Part shown: one piece after another, positions 12,565 to 23,845 of the stretch
Layout: each line of letters opens with the position of its first letter
How positions within the stretch are numbered: position 1 is the stretch's first letter
Source: Mobula birostris
Taxonomy: Eukaryota
Direction: 5' to 3'
DNA: 64,000 nucleotides
Assembly: GCF_030028105.1 (NCBI RefSeq)
Contig: NC_092388.1
Coordinates: 46,940,581 to 47,004,580, forward strand
The notes under the pieces: model-generated
Told to the model about the DNA's origin: nothing
Databases searched by the model: none
The model's input: only the letters and a program-made list of their open reading frames with translations
Made by a program: the position numbers and the translations under genes

Positions 12565-13236
12565 GGGAGGAGAAGATGGCAGCGCGACGCAGCTCTCAGC
12601 GGTCACTCCGGTGGTGATGTCTGTTATTTGTCAGGTAGGGTACTGTGCACAATCCTGATTTGATGGAGACAGACGTGAGAGCACGGAGGAACACCTGGTG
12701 AAACTTTTGAAATGCCTGCTTCGCTGCTGCTGCTACTGTGTGGTCCAAAATCTCCGGAGGAGAAGGCCCCAAGTCCTCAGCTTTGCTTGTTGCTCGGCGG
12801 CCGGGGCGGGGTCGAACCACTCGGCAGAGGATGGTGCTCGGAGAGGCTGTGTTGGAGGGGCTGGTCAGAGGCTCGAAGTTTTTGGACGGACTCAGAGTCC
12901 GCTGCGGTCGGGTGCTTCCAATGGTGCTGCATCGGCAAGTTAGTGGTGCTTGGAGGTTCATGGCAGGAAGGGTTCCTCCCTTCTGCCGCCTGCATGAGAT
13001 GATGAGTCTATCAGGACTTTGAGACTTTTTTTTACCGTGCCCATGGCCTGCTCTTTATCAAATTATGGTACTGCTTTGCACTGTTGTAACTATATGTTAT
13101 AATTATGTGGTTTTGTCAGTTTTAGTGCTGGTTTTCTTGTGATATCATTCTGGAGGAACGTTGTATCATTTTTTAATGCATTGCATTTCTAAATGACAAT
13201 AAACGAGGACTGAGTGTCCTCATAATCTAATCTAAT
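12565..13236 (+). mobile_element. Non-autonomous LINE-derived element inserted in BEL pol
   Basis: CpG-rich 5' part starting gggaggagaagatggcagcg, AT-rich 3' part with AATAAA and an (AATCT)n tail. Flanking duplication CTATTC (12559-12564, 13237-13242). The BEL reading FKFNITIQDR rejoins across it. Confidence 0.75.
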
Positions 13237-15819
13237 CTATTCAAGATAGATCATGTACCAGAAGGAGGATTCTTTCCACGGTTAGTCCTTCTATAATCCT
13301 TTTAGGAATCTTGAGTCTGGTGGTGCTGTCTGTGAAGAAGATCCAACAAGATATGTGTAAGAAAGTGCCGCACTGGGATGACACTGTACCTACATCAGTT
13401 GCTCACGAGTGGACAAGCTGGCTGGAAGAACTCTGCCGGTTGGAAGACTTGGAAGGTTGTTAGATGTTTGATTGTCTGGATTTTGGAGAAGTTACTGCTA
13501 CACAGTTACACCACTTTACATGCAGTCAAAGATAACTATGGAGCAGTGACCATATTGTTACACAACACATGCTCTCAGGTGCACAGTACTTTTATCATGG
13601 GCAAATCTAGATTAGCTCCATTGAAGTCAGACTCCAACCCTCGTACGGAGCTCATCGCTGCAACAATGGCAAGCTGTGTGGACACGTCGTGGAGGAAGGA
13701 GTTGCACATGCAGCTTCAGGACTCCGTGTTTTGGACTGATCGTACTTCTGTGCTGAAATATATCAAGAATGCAACTTCCTGGTCCTGAACCTGCATTGCA
13801 ATCAGAGTTTCAGAAATTCTACAAGTCTCACAGGCATCTCAATGGAGGTACGTAAATACGTCAAACAACCCAGCAGATGTGGCACTAGAGGGCTGAAGGT
13901 GAATGCATTCCTGAAGAATGAGACATGGGTGTCAGGGCCTCAGTATCTTCTTCAACCTGAAAGGGAATAGCCTGTGAATCCCAATTGTTCTGGAGAACTC
14001 CTGCTGGATGATCTGGAAGTCAAGAGCAGTGCCACAATCAGTGCTATGCAGATTGAAGAGGAGGCAAATGTGGTAACATGTATCATCCATAACTTCCCAT
14101 CTTGGACTCGTTTGAGGAAGACAGTGGTCTGGATTCCTACATATAAGAACTTGCTCTTGTTCCTTAGTTAGAAGAGGAAGCAATTGAACATCGCTCTTGC
14201 TCAGTCTGACTTGGCTGAAGAACAACAAGGGTATTCTTGGGAGAGAGAGATTGAAAAGGCCAAAGGTCAGACCGGCCGAGGTTGTCTCTTGGTGAAGATC
14301 TCAGAAAGGCTGAAATGGATATCTCTGAGTTTTGTCAAAGAAAGGATTTCCAAATTAATTTTCAAGTTTGCAATGGGGGGGGAAAGGGTGAAAAAGAGCA
14401 GCCATATTTTCAAGCCCAATCCAGTACTTGAAAATGGTGTCTTGAGAGTTGGTGATCGGCTTATTAGGGCAACCATGCCTGAAGAGTCTAAACATCCAGC
14501 AAAGGATCTCCATTTCGCAGACATCATTCTGAGGCACGTACATCAAGATATAGGACATGGTGGCCATAAACACATATTATCCAGGTCATGCCAAAAATAC
14601 CGGATTCCCACTGCTAGCACAGCTACAAGAAGAATCGTGTCTCAGGGTGTTGTTTGTTGACATTTGCAAACATCTTCAGGATGCCAGCACCCGGCAGATC
14701 TACCTCTGAACAGGGTCTCTTCAGATGAACTCCATTTACACGTGTAAGTGTGGACTACTTTGGATCTTTTTGAGGTGAAGAGCAGAGGGAGTACGGTGAA
14801 GAGATATGAGGTCATATTTACCTGTCCAGCGATATGAGCTGTTCACGTTAAGTAGCATCTTCTTTAGACTCAGACTCCTTTGTTCGTGCAATTTGATGCT
14901 TTATAGCAAGACGAGGACAGGTTCATGAACTGTGCTCTGATAATGCAACAGACTTTGTTGAAGCAAGGTGTGAGCTGTGAAAAGCCATTGAGAAGTGGAA
15001 TCACTCACGGATCAATGAGGCCCTTCTTCAGAAAGAAATTAGGTGGATTTTTAAACCCCCAGCTGGTTCAAATCATGGAGCAATATTGGAGAGATTGATC
15101 AGGTCTCTGCGAAAGGTCCTCAATTCCACCATGAAGGTACAGAACCTTGATTAAGAGGGTTTCCACACAGTACTTGTGAAGTAGAGGCTATTATCAACAG
15201 TCGTCCAATTACTAAGGCATCCACCAATCCCAGTGATTTGTAAACACTAACACCCACCATCCTTACAACCAGGAGAGTTCCAAAAGGAAGACATTTATGC
15301 TAGTTGTAGATGGAAGCATGTCCAAAACATGTCAAGGAGTATTTAGCACAGTTACAGGAACATCAGAAGTAGTCAGGTATAAAGCACAATTTTCTCCCAG
15401 GAGTCATTATGCTTATAATTGATAACACAGTGCCTCGAAACTTATGGATCATGGGAAGAGTCATTCAAATCTTTCCAGACAGAAGAGGATTTGTGTGTCA
15501 GGTGCACATCAAGACCAAGACCAGCTGTCTGGAGAGGCTTGTAACCAAGATCTGTCTTCCACAGGAGGCAGAGGTTTGAGGAACTACAGATTTAGATGAC
15601 TTAAAACTTTAACTCAACTTACTTATTGGTCAGAGAGTGGTAGTAAAGATCACACTGTATTGAGCTAAGTGCTGGTAACCTCTGGCCTAGATGATTGTTG
15701 CATGACTTGACTGGAAAAAGAAAACAGAATTTCAAGATGTTTATCCTTGGAGATTTCATGTCTCCTATTTTTAGTAGTATGTGGTTGTGATTATTATAAT
15801 AATTAAGAGGCAGGGATAG

Positions 15820-16297
15820 TAACATAGAAACATAGAAAAACTACAGCGCAATTCAGGCCCTTTGGTCCACAAAGCTGTGCTGAATAGTACTTACTTCAGA
15901 AATTACCTAGGGTTACCGATAGCCCTCTATTCTTCTAAGCTCCATGTACCTATCCAGGAGTCTCTTAAAAGACCCTATGGTATCCGCCTCCACTACCGTC
16001 GCCGGCAGCCCATTCCACGCACTCACCAGTCTCTGTGTAAAAAAACTTACCCCTGACATCTCCTCTGTACCTTCTTCCAAGCACCTTAAAACTGTGCCCT
16101 CTCGTGTTAGCCATTTCAGCCCTGGGAAAAGCCTCTAACTATCCACATGATCAATGCCTCTCATCATCTTATTCACCTCTGTCAGGTCACCTCTCATCCT
16201 CTGTCACTCCATGGAGAAAAGACCGAGTTCACTCAACCTATTCTCATAAGGCATGCTCCCCAATCCAGGCAACAACCTTGTAAATCTCCTCTGCACC
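15820..16297 (-). mobile_element. CR1 LINE 3' fragment between the BEL purine tract and 3' LTR
   Basis: (CATAGAAA)n tail on + and RT C-terminal sequence that matches 21645-22047 in reverse. Confidence 0.85.
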
Positions 16298-16326
16298 CTA
16301 TAGGACCTATGTGTCCATTTTCTCTC

Positions 16327-16937
16327 TGTAGGAGCCATGTACCTATTTTCTGTCTGTACTGTATTTTGTGGCACATTTATGAAGGTAATCTGTCATGTGG
16401 TTTATGGTGTGCCAGAAGTAAATGAGTATAGTTGTGTATTCATGCTTTGTAGAAGTAAGTTAGTTAGAGAGAGCCGAGGAATTATATTTTTTTGTTGATC
16501 GCTAATTACACATCACTAATTACCCTTAGTATTGCTTAGTTGGTCATAGTCATAGTCATACTTTATTGTTCCCGGGGGAAATTGGTTTTCATTACAGTTG
16601 CACCATAAATAATAAATAGTAATAGAACCATAAATAGTTAAATAGTAATATGTAAATTATGCCAGGAAATTATGAAATAAGTCCAGGACCAGCCTATTGG
16701 CTCAGGGAGTTATATAACTATTATACTGCTTAGTTTTGCTTAATTTGCCTTATTACTAATTTAGTTTTGTTAATGTTTTATCACTATAAGATTATTCACC
16801 TTTGATGGTTTCACAATAAAGGATAGGACACACTTTTTTCTGTATGGAACTTGGTTATTTGGAAGCACGTCATACAGCGTTGATTCTCTGGCTTCAGCCT
16901 GTCAGCGCTTTTGGTTTATTTTAAAGTAACCCCTACA
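16327..16937 (+). repeat. BEL 3' LTR carrying a ~165-bp LINE-tail insertion (about 16543-16707)
   Basis: TGTAGGAGCCATG...GTAACCCCTACA. The insert (GTCATA)n-CTTTATT is the reverse complement of the 3' part of 50540-50778. Confidence 0.85.
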
Positions 16938-17774
16938 GCCACATCTGCGCCAGGTGCAGCGAGTTGAGGCTCTACAGAATTGGAGCTACAACTTTGATGA
17001 CCTTTGGCTCATAAGGGAAAATGAGGAGAAGATGGAGAGGAGCTACAGGGAGGTAGTCACCTCTAGGCTGCAGGAGGCAAATCGTTGCCACAGGCAGTGG
17101 CCAGGTCACTGGGTGCATTTAAGGTAGAGGTTGATAGGTTCTCGATTAATCTGGGCGTGGGAGAAGGCAGGAGAATGTGGCTGAGAGGGAAATGGATTAG
17201 CCATCATTAAATGGTGCAGCAGACTCAATGGGCTGAATAGCCTAATTCTGCTCCTATGTCTTATGCGCTTATGATGATACTTGAGAGGACATTCTTGGAG
17301 GATTGTCCAGCGAAGTCACACAGTTGGAATTTAGAATAAAGGAGAAAATTACTTTGGATTGTAATTCTTTTAGTCAACTGGAATGAGAAGAACAGATATG
17401 TAATAAGATCACAGAAAGATGAAAGGATAAATAGATTATAAAATTAGGTGATTTCATCTTCTTCACGCTGACTGGGACTGCCAGGGGAATGGGTAATGTG
17501 AGGAGAGGAAAGGGAAATAGGCAGCTGGTACAGAGTGCCCCTGTGGCTTTTCACCTGAAGAACAAGTATACTGTTTTGGATTCTGTTGGGGAGGAACACA
17601 TTACTGGGGGTGGGGGGGGGCAGGGGGGGGGGGGAGCTGAGCGACCGGGTCTCTGTCACTGAGTGTGGCACTGTGGCTCAGAAGAGAAGGGGCCAGAGGA
17701 GGAATGCTGTGGTGATAGGAGATTCCATTGATAGTGGAGTAGACAGGAGAGTCCATGGACGCGATAGAGAGACA

Positions 17775-18235
17775 TAAGAAGAAGAAGAAGAAGAATATCT
17801 TTATTGTCATTGTTGTGGAGCAATGAAACACAGTTTAGCAGCTCAATGTTTTGCAGCATGACAAAGAATATATACATAAAATAAACTCTAAAACCTCAGG
17901 AGTACAGTCCAAAATTAATAATATATGGATGGGGGTGGGGTAGGACTATTGCACACCTGCCATTCCTGGAAGTGTGATGCATTAGGCTGCCGCCGTCTTA
18001 GGAAGGGGGCAGGAGAAGGGAAGGGGGTGTTATACATTCCACTGCTTGTGGGTAGAAGCTGTTAAGGAGTCTCTTTGTTTTCGTCCTTAATGCTCTGTAT
18101 CTCTTCCCAGAAGGTAGAGGGGAAAACAGGTGATGTCCAGGATGAGTGGGATCCTTTGAAATACAAGCAGTCTTCTTTAGAAGTCTGCCAGTATAAATGT
18201 CTCTGAGGGAGGGTATGTTGAGGTGGATAATACCT
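17775..18235 (-). mobile_element. Rex1/Babar-like LINE 3' fragment
   Basis: The minus strand encodes DPTHPGHHLFSPLPSGKRYRAL, followed by AATAAA and a (CTT)n tail. Confidence 0.7.
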
Positions 18236-18261
18236 TAAGGCATATTAAGGTGGAAAATGAA

Positions 18262-18550
18262 GGCAGCACTGTAGCATAATGGTTAATGTAACTCTTTACA
18301 ACACCAGCTGTAAGGCTGGGGTTCAACTCTGGCCACTGTCTGCAAGAAGCTTGTGCGTTTTCCCCATCATTGCGTTACAGCTTCCCCCAACATTCCAAAG
18401 ACATAAATTGTGGCAGGCTGTGTTAGTGCCGGAAGCATGGCAACACCTGTGGATTGCGTCTAGCACATTCTTGGACTGTGTTGGTCATTGGCACAAATGA
18501 CTGACGTATTTCACTGTACGTTTTGATGTACATGTGACACATTTATCTTT
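18262..18550 (+). mobile_element. tRNA-derived SINE (V-SINE/HE1-like)
   Basis: A-box-like TAGCATAATGG, B-box-like GGTTCAACTCT and an L2-like tail tttcactgtacgttttgatgtacatgtgac. Confidence 0.6.
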
Positions 18551-18949
18551 TTGTAAAATCTCCATAAATCCCTGGGGCCTGACCAAGTGATCAAAAGGCA
18601 TGGGTGAAAGCTAGAAAAGAAATTGCATGAATTCTGGCAGAAATCATTGTACCATCTTTAGCCACTGGTGGGGTTCCGGAAAACTGGAGGGTGACTCACA
18701 TTGAGCTTTTATTTGAAAAGAACTGCAAGAATAAACCAATGAACTACAAGCATGAGCCTAACATTATTGGTGCGAAAGTTAATGGAGTGGATTCTGAGGG
18801 AAAAGATCTACCAGCTTTGGGCAAGGCGGGAATGGATAAGAATGTGGTTTTGTGCATGGGAACTCATCCCTCACAAGTTTGATCAAGTTCTTGGGAAGTT
18901 ATTTATTTTTTATTTTAGTTTAGTTTATTTATTTACAGGTATTGTGATA

Positions 18950-19180
18950 GAGCTTGGATCAGGCAATTCTGGCCCTTCAAGCCATGCTGCCCAGCAGCCC
19001 ACCAACCCACCAACTTAACCTTGGACTAATCACAGGACAACTTACAATGGCCAATTAGCCTACTAACAGTCTTTTCACTGTGGGAGGAAACTGGAACACC
19101 CAGAGGAAACATGCGCATATGGGAAGGAACATACAAACTTGCTTACAGAGGAACGCCCCAAGCTGCAACAGTGTAATAGT
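18950..19180 (-). mobile_element. V-SINE-like SINE
   Basis: The core tgtgggaggaaactggaacacccagaggaaac on + is the reverse of the V-domain-like segment. A similar copy lies at about 58490-58750. Confidence 0.55.
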
Positions 19181-19921
19181 GAAGTTTTGCACCTATCAGT
19201 TAAACCTGGATAGGACTTACACAGTAAGTAGTAGAGCCCTAGAGAGTGTTATAGAACAGAGAGACCTAGGGTAGGCAAGTCTAAAACTAGAGGACATAGA
19301 TTTAAGGTGAGAATGTGAAGATTTAAAAGGGACTTAAGGGGAATTTTTTCACACAGAGGGTAGTGTGTATGATGAATCTGTGGCTAAAGAGTTGGTACTG
19401 GTGGGAGGGCTTCAGGTTTTTGGATAATCGGGATCTCTTCTGGGGCACGGGTTACCTGTTCAAGACATTTCCCTGAATGTGGCAAAACAGGTAGAGATAC
19501 TGGTGAAGAAGGTATTCGGCATGTTGGCCTTCATCAGTCCGACATAGAATACGGACGCTGGGATGCCATTTTGCAATTGTACAAGTTTTTGGTGAGACTA
19601 CACTTGGAATATCAAGCACAGTTCCCATCACCAGCTATAGGGATTAAGCTGAAGAGGATGCAGAAAAGATCTTTGAGGATGTTACTTGGAAGGTGGTGAG
19701 GAGGAGGACTGAGGTACAGGGGAGTCTGGATAGGCTGGGTCTTCTTTCCCCAGAGCTTAGGAGGTTGAGATATATTAAATCATGAGGGACATAGATAAGG
19801 TGAATACTCACAATCTTTTTCCCAGGGTGATGGAGTCTAAGATTAGATAACATAGGCTTAAGTGGAGAGGGGAAAGATTTAAAAGGGATTTAAGGGGAAA
19901 CTTTCATACAGAGGGCAATGG

Positions 19922-21057
19922 TGTGATGGATATTCACTTTCTAGGGCCAGGTGGCCTTTTTTTTGCCAAGCTCAGCTTTCTAAATACTAGCCGATGACAC
20001 TTCTAAAAATCAAACTGCTGTTTTTGAGTAAGATAAACTTCCAATCAATATTCTCTGTTTAGCATCTTGTTGTAAATGGGAGCTAGTTTTCAGTTCTTAA
20101 TGTAAATGGCAAGTAATAATCAGTTTGAAGTTAAGAGGAAAGCTTTGAAAACAAACACTGTTTATATAGCAGACTTGCTGGCCCCACAACACCTGGGCTA
20201 CCTGCTCAAGAGGTGCAGTGTAAGACAATGGGGTATGTTAAATGGGCTTGTTTCAAACTAGACAACACTGGCTAAATTGTTTAGCTCAAGGAAGCTTGCA
20301 GACCAGATTGATACTATCACTTAGCACATCAAATAGCTGATCTATTAATAGTTGGAAGGTTTGTGTACTCATAGAGTCAGCTTCACAGCATTTATTGTGG
20401 GATCTCTGTCTCCAGAAGCTTTTAGACCACTTGAGTTGAAATGTATCTGAAAAATATCACATCTGTCTGAAGTCACCCAAGGGGATAAAAAACAGTATCA
20501 ATGTAGAGAGCAGTTCATGCTTTTTAGGAATAGTCCAGGAACATCAAGAAGAATGACAGAAACACAGAGTGAAAGAGAATCCATTCCTCTGCCATCAACT
20601 TCTGTTGTCGGGTGACTAGTTTGTCTGTAGCTTGGAAGTACATCTTTTTAGCTTGTAGGAATTGTATCTGTATTTTGGAATTCCTTTGTGATTTAGAAAT
20701 GGTTTGTAATTTGGAAGTCTTTTATGCTGTAAGATCAAAAGTTTTAAAATGTGTTTAAAAATATAGATTAATTTAAACATGCATCACAGAAAATAAATGA
20801 ACTGTGTTTAAACTACTTTGTTAACTGGAAGTATCTTCTCCTTGGTCGGGAGAGGGAACCCACCACTCAAATAGTTGGTATTGGCAGCTAACCTCGCCAT
20901 GGAGGACAAGCAGGGAAGTGAACTAGCTTTTGAAGATTGGATAGTTATAGTATAACCTCCCTTTAGTGAAGATACCTGTAGCTATCTATATCGGATACAG
21001 CTTAAGGTCTTCATTTTAGTTGAGAACTTTGTGGTTAGCAAACTCAATACCATCACA
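19922..21057 (+). mobile_element. Solo LTR (1136 bp) with 4-bp TSD
   Basis: Perfect 8-bp inverted termini TGTGATGG...CCATCACA, TSD ATGG (19918-19921, 21058-21061) and AATAAA at about 20792. It interrupts a CR1 3' fragment. Confidence 0.8.
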
Positions 21058-21644
21058 ATGGGTATGAAGACCAATGAGCAAATGGCTAAAGAGCTGGCTT
21101 AGATTGGAGGGCTTCAGGTTTTTGGATAAATGGGATCTCTTTGACTTTTAGAGATCATGTGTATATGTGTAGAACTGTAAGGGGCATGAGAAGAAGGACC
21201 TAGTTCTCTCAGCAGAGATATCAATCAGGAGGCATAGATTTTAAGTGGAAGGGTTGAAGGAGAAAAAAAAAACATTTGCAGCATTGGTAAGTGGGGTTCT
21301 GGTACTCAGAAGGAGGGAGGCCGAAAACCTTCTTTCATTGAGAAAAAAATAGATGAAGTCAATGTCGAGTCTATTGTCTAATGCACAATTGCATGCATAC
21401 ACAATTGCAATGTAAAACGTTGCAGCATCACAGGCTCATCATATAAGCACCATATACAAGAATACATAAACTATCTCAATCCAAGCAGTAACCCAATTTG
21501 TAGTGGTGAAATGTGCGCATTAAGGTAATTTTTAAAGCATCTTGCCTAACTTTGTTCTGTAAATGATCACCTAAGGCATCCAATAGCAAAGGTTTTCTCC
21601 TTTATTTTAATTATGCAAGGTAGGAAAGTTATTAACTATTAACT

Positions 21645-22047
21645 CGGCCTTTTCTCCTTGGAGCGATGGAGGATGAGAGGTGACCTGATAGAGGTATATA
21701 AGATGACGAGAGACATTGATCATGTGGATAGTCAGAGGCTTTTTCCCAGGGCTGAAATGGCTAGCATGAGAGGGCACAGTTTTAAAGTGCTTAGAAGTAG
21801 GTACAGAGGAGATGCCAGGGGTAAGTTTTTTATGCAGAGAGTGGTGAGTGCGTGGAATGGGCTGCCGGCGATGGTAGTGGAGGCGGAAACGATAGGGTCT
21901 TTTAAGAGATTCCTGGAGGGATACATGGAGCTTAGAAAAACATAGGGCTATGGGTAAGCCTAGGTAGTTCTAAGGTAAGGACATGTTCGGCACAGCTTTG
22001 TGGGCCAAAAGGCCTGTATTGTGCTGTAGGTTTTCTATGTTTCTATA
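21645..22047 (+). mobile_element. CR1 LINE 3' fragment
   Basis: ERWRMRGDLIEVYKM...FFMQRVVSAWNGLP, ending in a (TTTCTATG)n tail. Confidence 0.9.
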
Positions 22048-22116
22048 CTAATTTGACAATAGTTAGCATAAATTATTGCTAATTAATTATGTGATTATTA
22101 ATTAATTGGGGGATTG

Positions 22117-23430
22117 CAGACATCCCACCTCTCCTGGGAGTCTCCCGCATTTTAATAGTGGCTCCCTGATGCCCACAAATTANNNNNNNNNNNNNNNNNN
22201 NNNNNNNNNNNNNNNNNNNNNNNNNNNNNNNNNNNNNNNNNNNNNNNNNNNNNNNNNNNNNNNNNNNNNNNNNNNNNNNNNNNNNNNNNNNNNNNNNNNN
22301 NNNNNNNNNNNNNNNNNNNNNNNNNNNNNNNNNNNNNNNNNNNNNNNNNNNNNNNNCTTTGTCCTAAGTAGACCTATCAGTTTTCTTTGTAGGCGGGCTT
22401 TACAGTCGACCTCTCTCTCTCTCTCTCTTTTTCATTGTCCATCAGTTCAATTTAGTGTCCTGCAGTGCCATGGCAGAGTGTTCCAAAAAAAGAAAATATA
22501 AAACATACTTCACCCCAGACTACACTAAAGTGTACCCCTGCCTAACAGGGGTCAAAAATAATGACAGTATTGCTCACTGCACTGTTTGCAACAGTGACTT
22601 ATCTATTGCCCATGGTGGGTTAAGTGACTGTAAAAGACATGTTGAGGTAGGTTTAATAGGTGTTATTCATTTATTAGCATAACTAACGTTATTTAAACTA
22701 GCTGGCTAGCTGCTAAGGAGCTACTCTATTGATATCCTAAGTGATGAGGCCAAACTCCCTGTAGACTTGCTTAAAGTTGTAATAGAGTAAAAATATGACT
22801 CAATGATAATATAAAATAATATAAGTACATATTTTAATGTCACGTTTTCTGCATAAGACAATATAATAAGGATACACCTTATGCCTTTATTTCTTTTAGG
22901 GACCACAACAAATTAGGGAGGCTAAGTGCGGGGAAGGCTGCTCAAGTATTTCATAGTTATTTTCAGCAGAAAACGAAAGTCTGACAGAGAAGGTCACTAG
23001 AGCTGGGGTGTACTTTACATCTTTCATCGTTGAGCATAACCTGCCATTCCAGGTGTGTAAGCACTCAGGCAAGCTATTCAGGAAAATGTTTCCTGATTCA
23101 GAAATAGCAAAAAAAAACTATGCCTGCTTATCAACCAAGACAGCAGCTATTGTGAACATGCCACTGGAACCTGAATGTTCAGAGGAGCTGTACAAGGGAA
23201 GTTTGCAAAAGAAATAGAAAAGCAATTTGCACTAGCATTTAGACTGCCAACAAAATACTCAACAAGGAATATATATGTGTGTGTGTAAATAGTTTCAATA
23301 TGTGATCAAATAAATTGTTGTGTTCTTTCATAATCAAATGTCCTGTATACATACACCCTTGGAGGTCGCCCGGGGGCGGGGGTGGTGGTGTTACCTCCCT
23401 GAAATGAGTTTTTGCAGGGTGGGATGTCTG
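22117..23430 (+). mobile_element. Internally deleted hAT-like DNA transposon with BED finger and 6-bp TSD
   Basis: Perfect 13-bp TIRs CAGACATCCCACC / GGTGGGATGTCTG and TSD GGATTG (22111-22116, 23431-23436). Exon 22470-22646 encodes AHCTVCNSDLSIAHGGLSDCKRHVE. A GT-AG intron follows, then from 22900 FIVEHNLPF..KLFRKMFPDSEIAKK. No catalytic domain. Confidence 0.85.
22183..22356. other. Assembly gap (174 N)
   Basis: Run of N. Confidence 1.
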
Positions 23431-23436
23431 GGATTG

Positions 23437-23845
23437 ACATGACCTTACTTTTTTACGGTCAATTATCAGAGTTCGGCAGCATGGCTGTCCCTGACCGGAA
23501 CGCTTCATTGCCCGTGCTACGCCGGGGCCCGCCGGCTGGGGGTGCTGGGGAGCAGGGGTGGCGGGGGTGCGCGGACGCCCAGCGCCGGATGCGAGCCGCG
23601 GGTGCGGAGCGGGAGCGCTGCTCCTCCCGCCCCCCGCCATGAGCGAGCCGCAATGCAAGAGGCCGAGGCTTTCGGGCCCGGATGGCCAAGCAGCGGAGAG
23701 CCCGCAGCCCGATGGCGAGGAGGAAGGGGACGACGGGGCGTTGCGCCGTTACCGTGAGGGTGTTTGCGCCGAATTCTCCGTTGTGACCGGCACGGATGGG
23801 AGCGTAGCGCAGTGTTACCTAGCGGAAAATGAATGGCTCCTGGAA
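23437..23845 (+). promoter_or_regulatory. CpG island / promoter and 5'UTR of tdp2
   Basis: Very GC- and CpG-rich in a CpG-depleted background, with CCGGAA (ETS-like) at about 23495 and CCCGCC GC boxes. Confidence 0.75.
23639..23845 (+). CDS. tdp2: Tyrosyl-DNA phosphodiesterase 2, exon 1 (UBA-like region)
   Basis: gccATG, MSEPQCKRPR...CAEFSVVTGTDGSVAQCYLAENEWLLE, donor GTAGGT. 207 nt, phase 0. Resembles human CVEFASVASCDAAVAQCFLAENDWEME. Confidence 0.93.

Larger units (their letters stand above)
6567..16937 (+). mobile_element. BEL/Pao LTR retrotransposon, degenerate, with nested insertions
   Basis: Two related LTRs flank pol remnants: [79 protein letters not shown], integrase VDYFG and SDNATDF, and C-terminal WIMGRV. 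A purine tract lies at about 15805-15817. Many stops and frameshifts. Confidence 0.9.
16938..19921 (+). mobile_element. Fragmented CR1 (ORF1 esterase and RT pieces) with nested SINE/LINE fragments
   Basis: RNAVVIGDSIDSGVDRR (SGNH GDS motif, about 17700-17750), KSLGPDQV, GVPENWRVTHIELLFEK and LVRLHLEY remnants. Confidence 0.65.

Noticed and set aside
12596-13022. CpG-rich stretch as a host promoter or exon
   Set aside because: It lies within a tailed, TSD-flanked insertion in BEL pol.
17606-17635. Poly-G tract as a functional G-quadruplex
   Set aside because: A simple homopolymer expansion within a decayed CR1, and prone to sequencing error.
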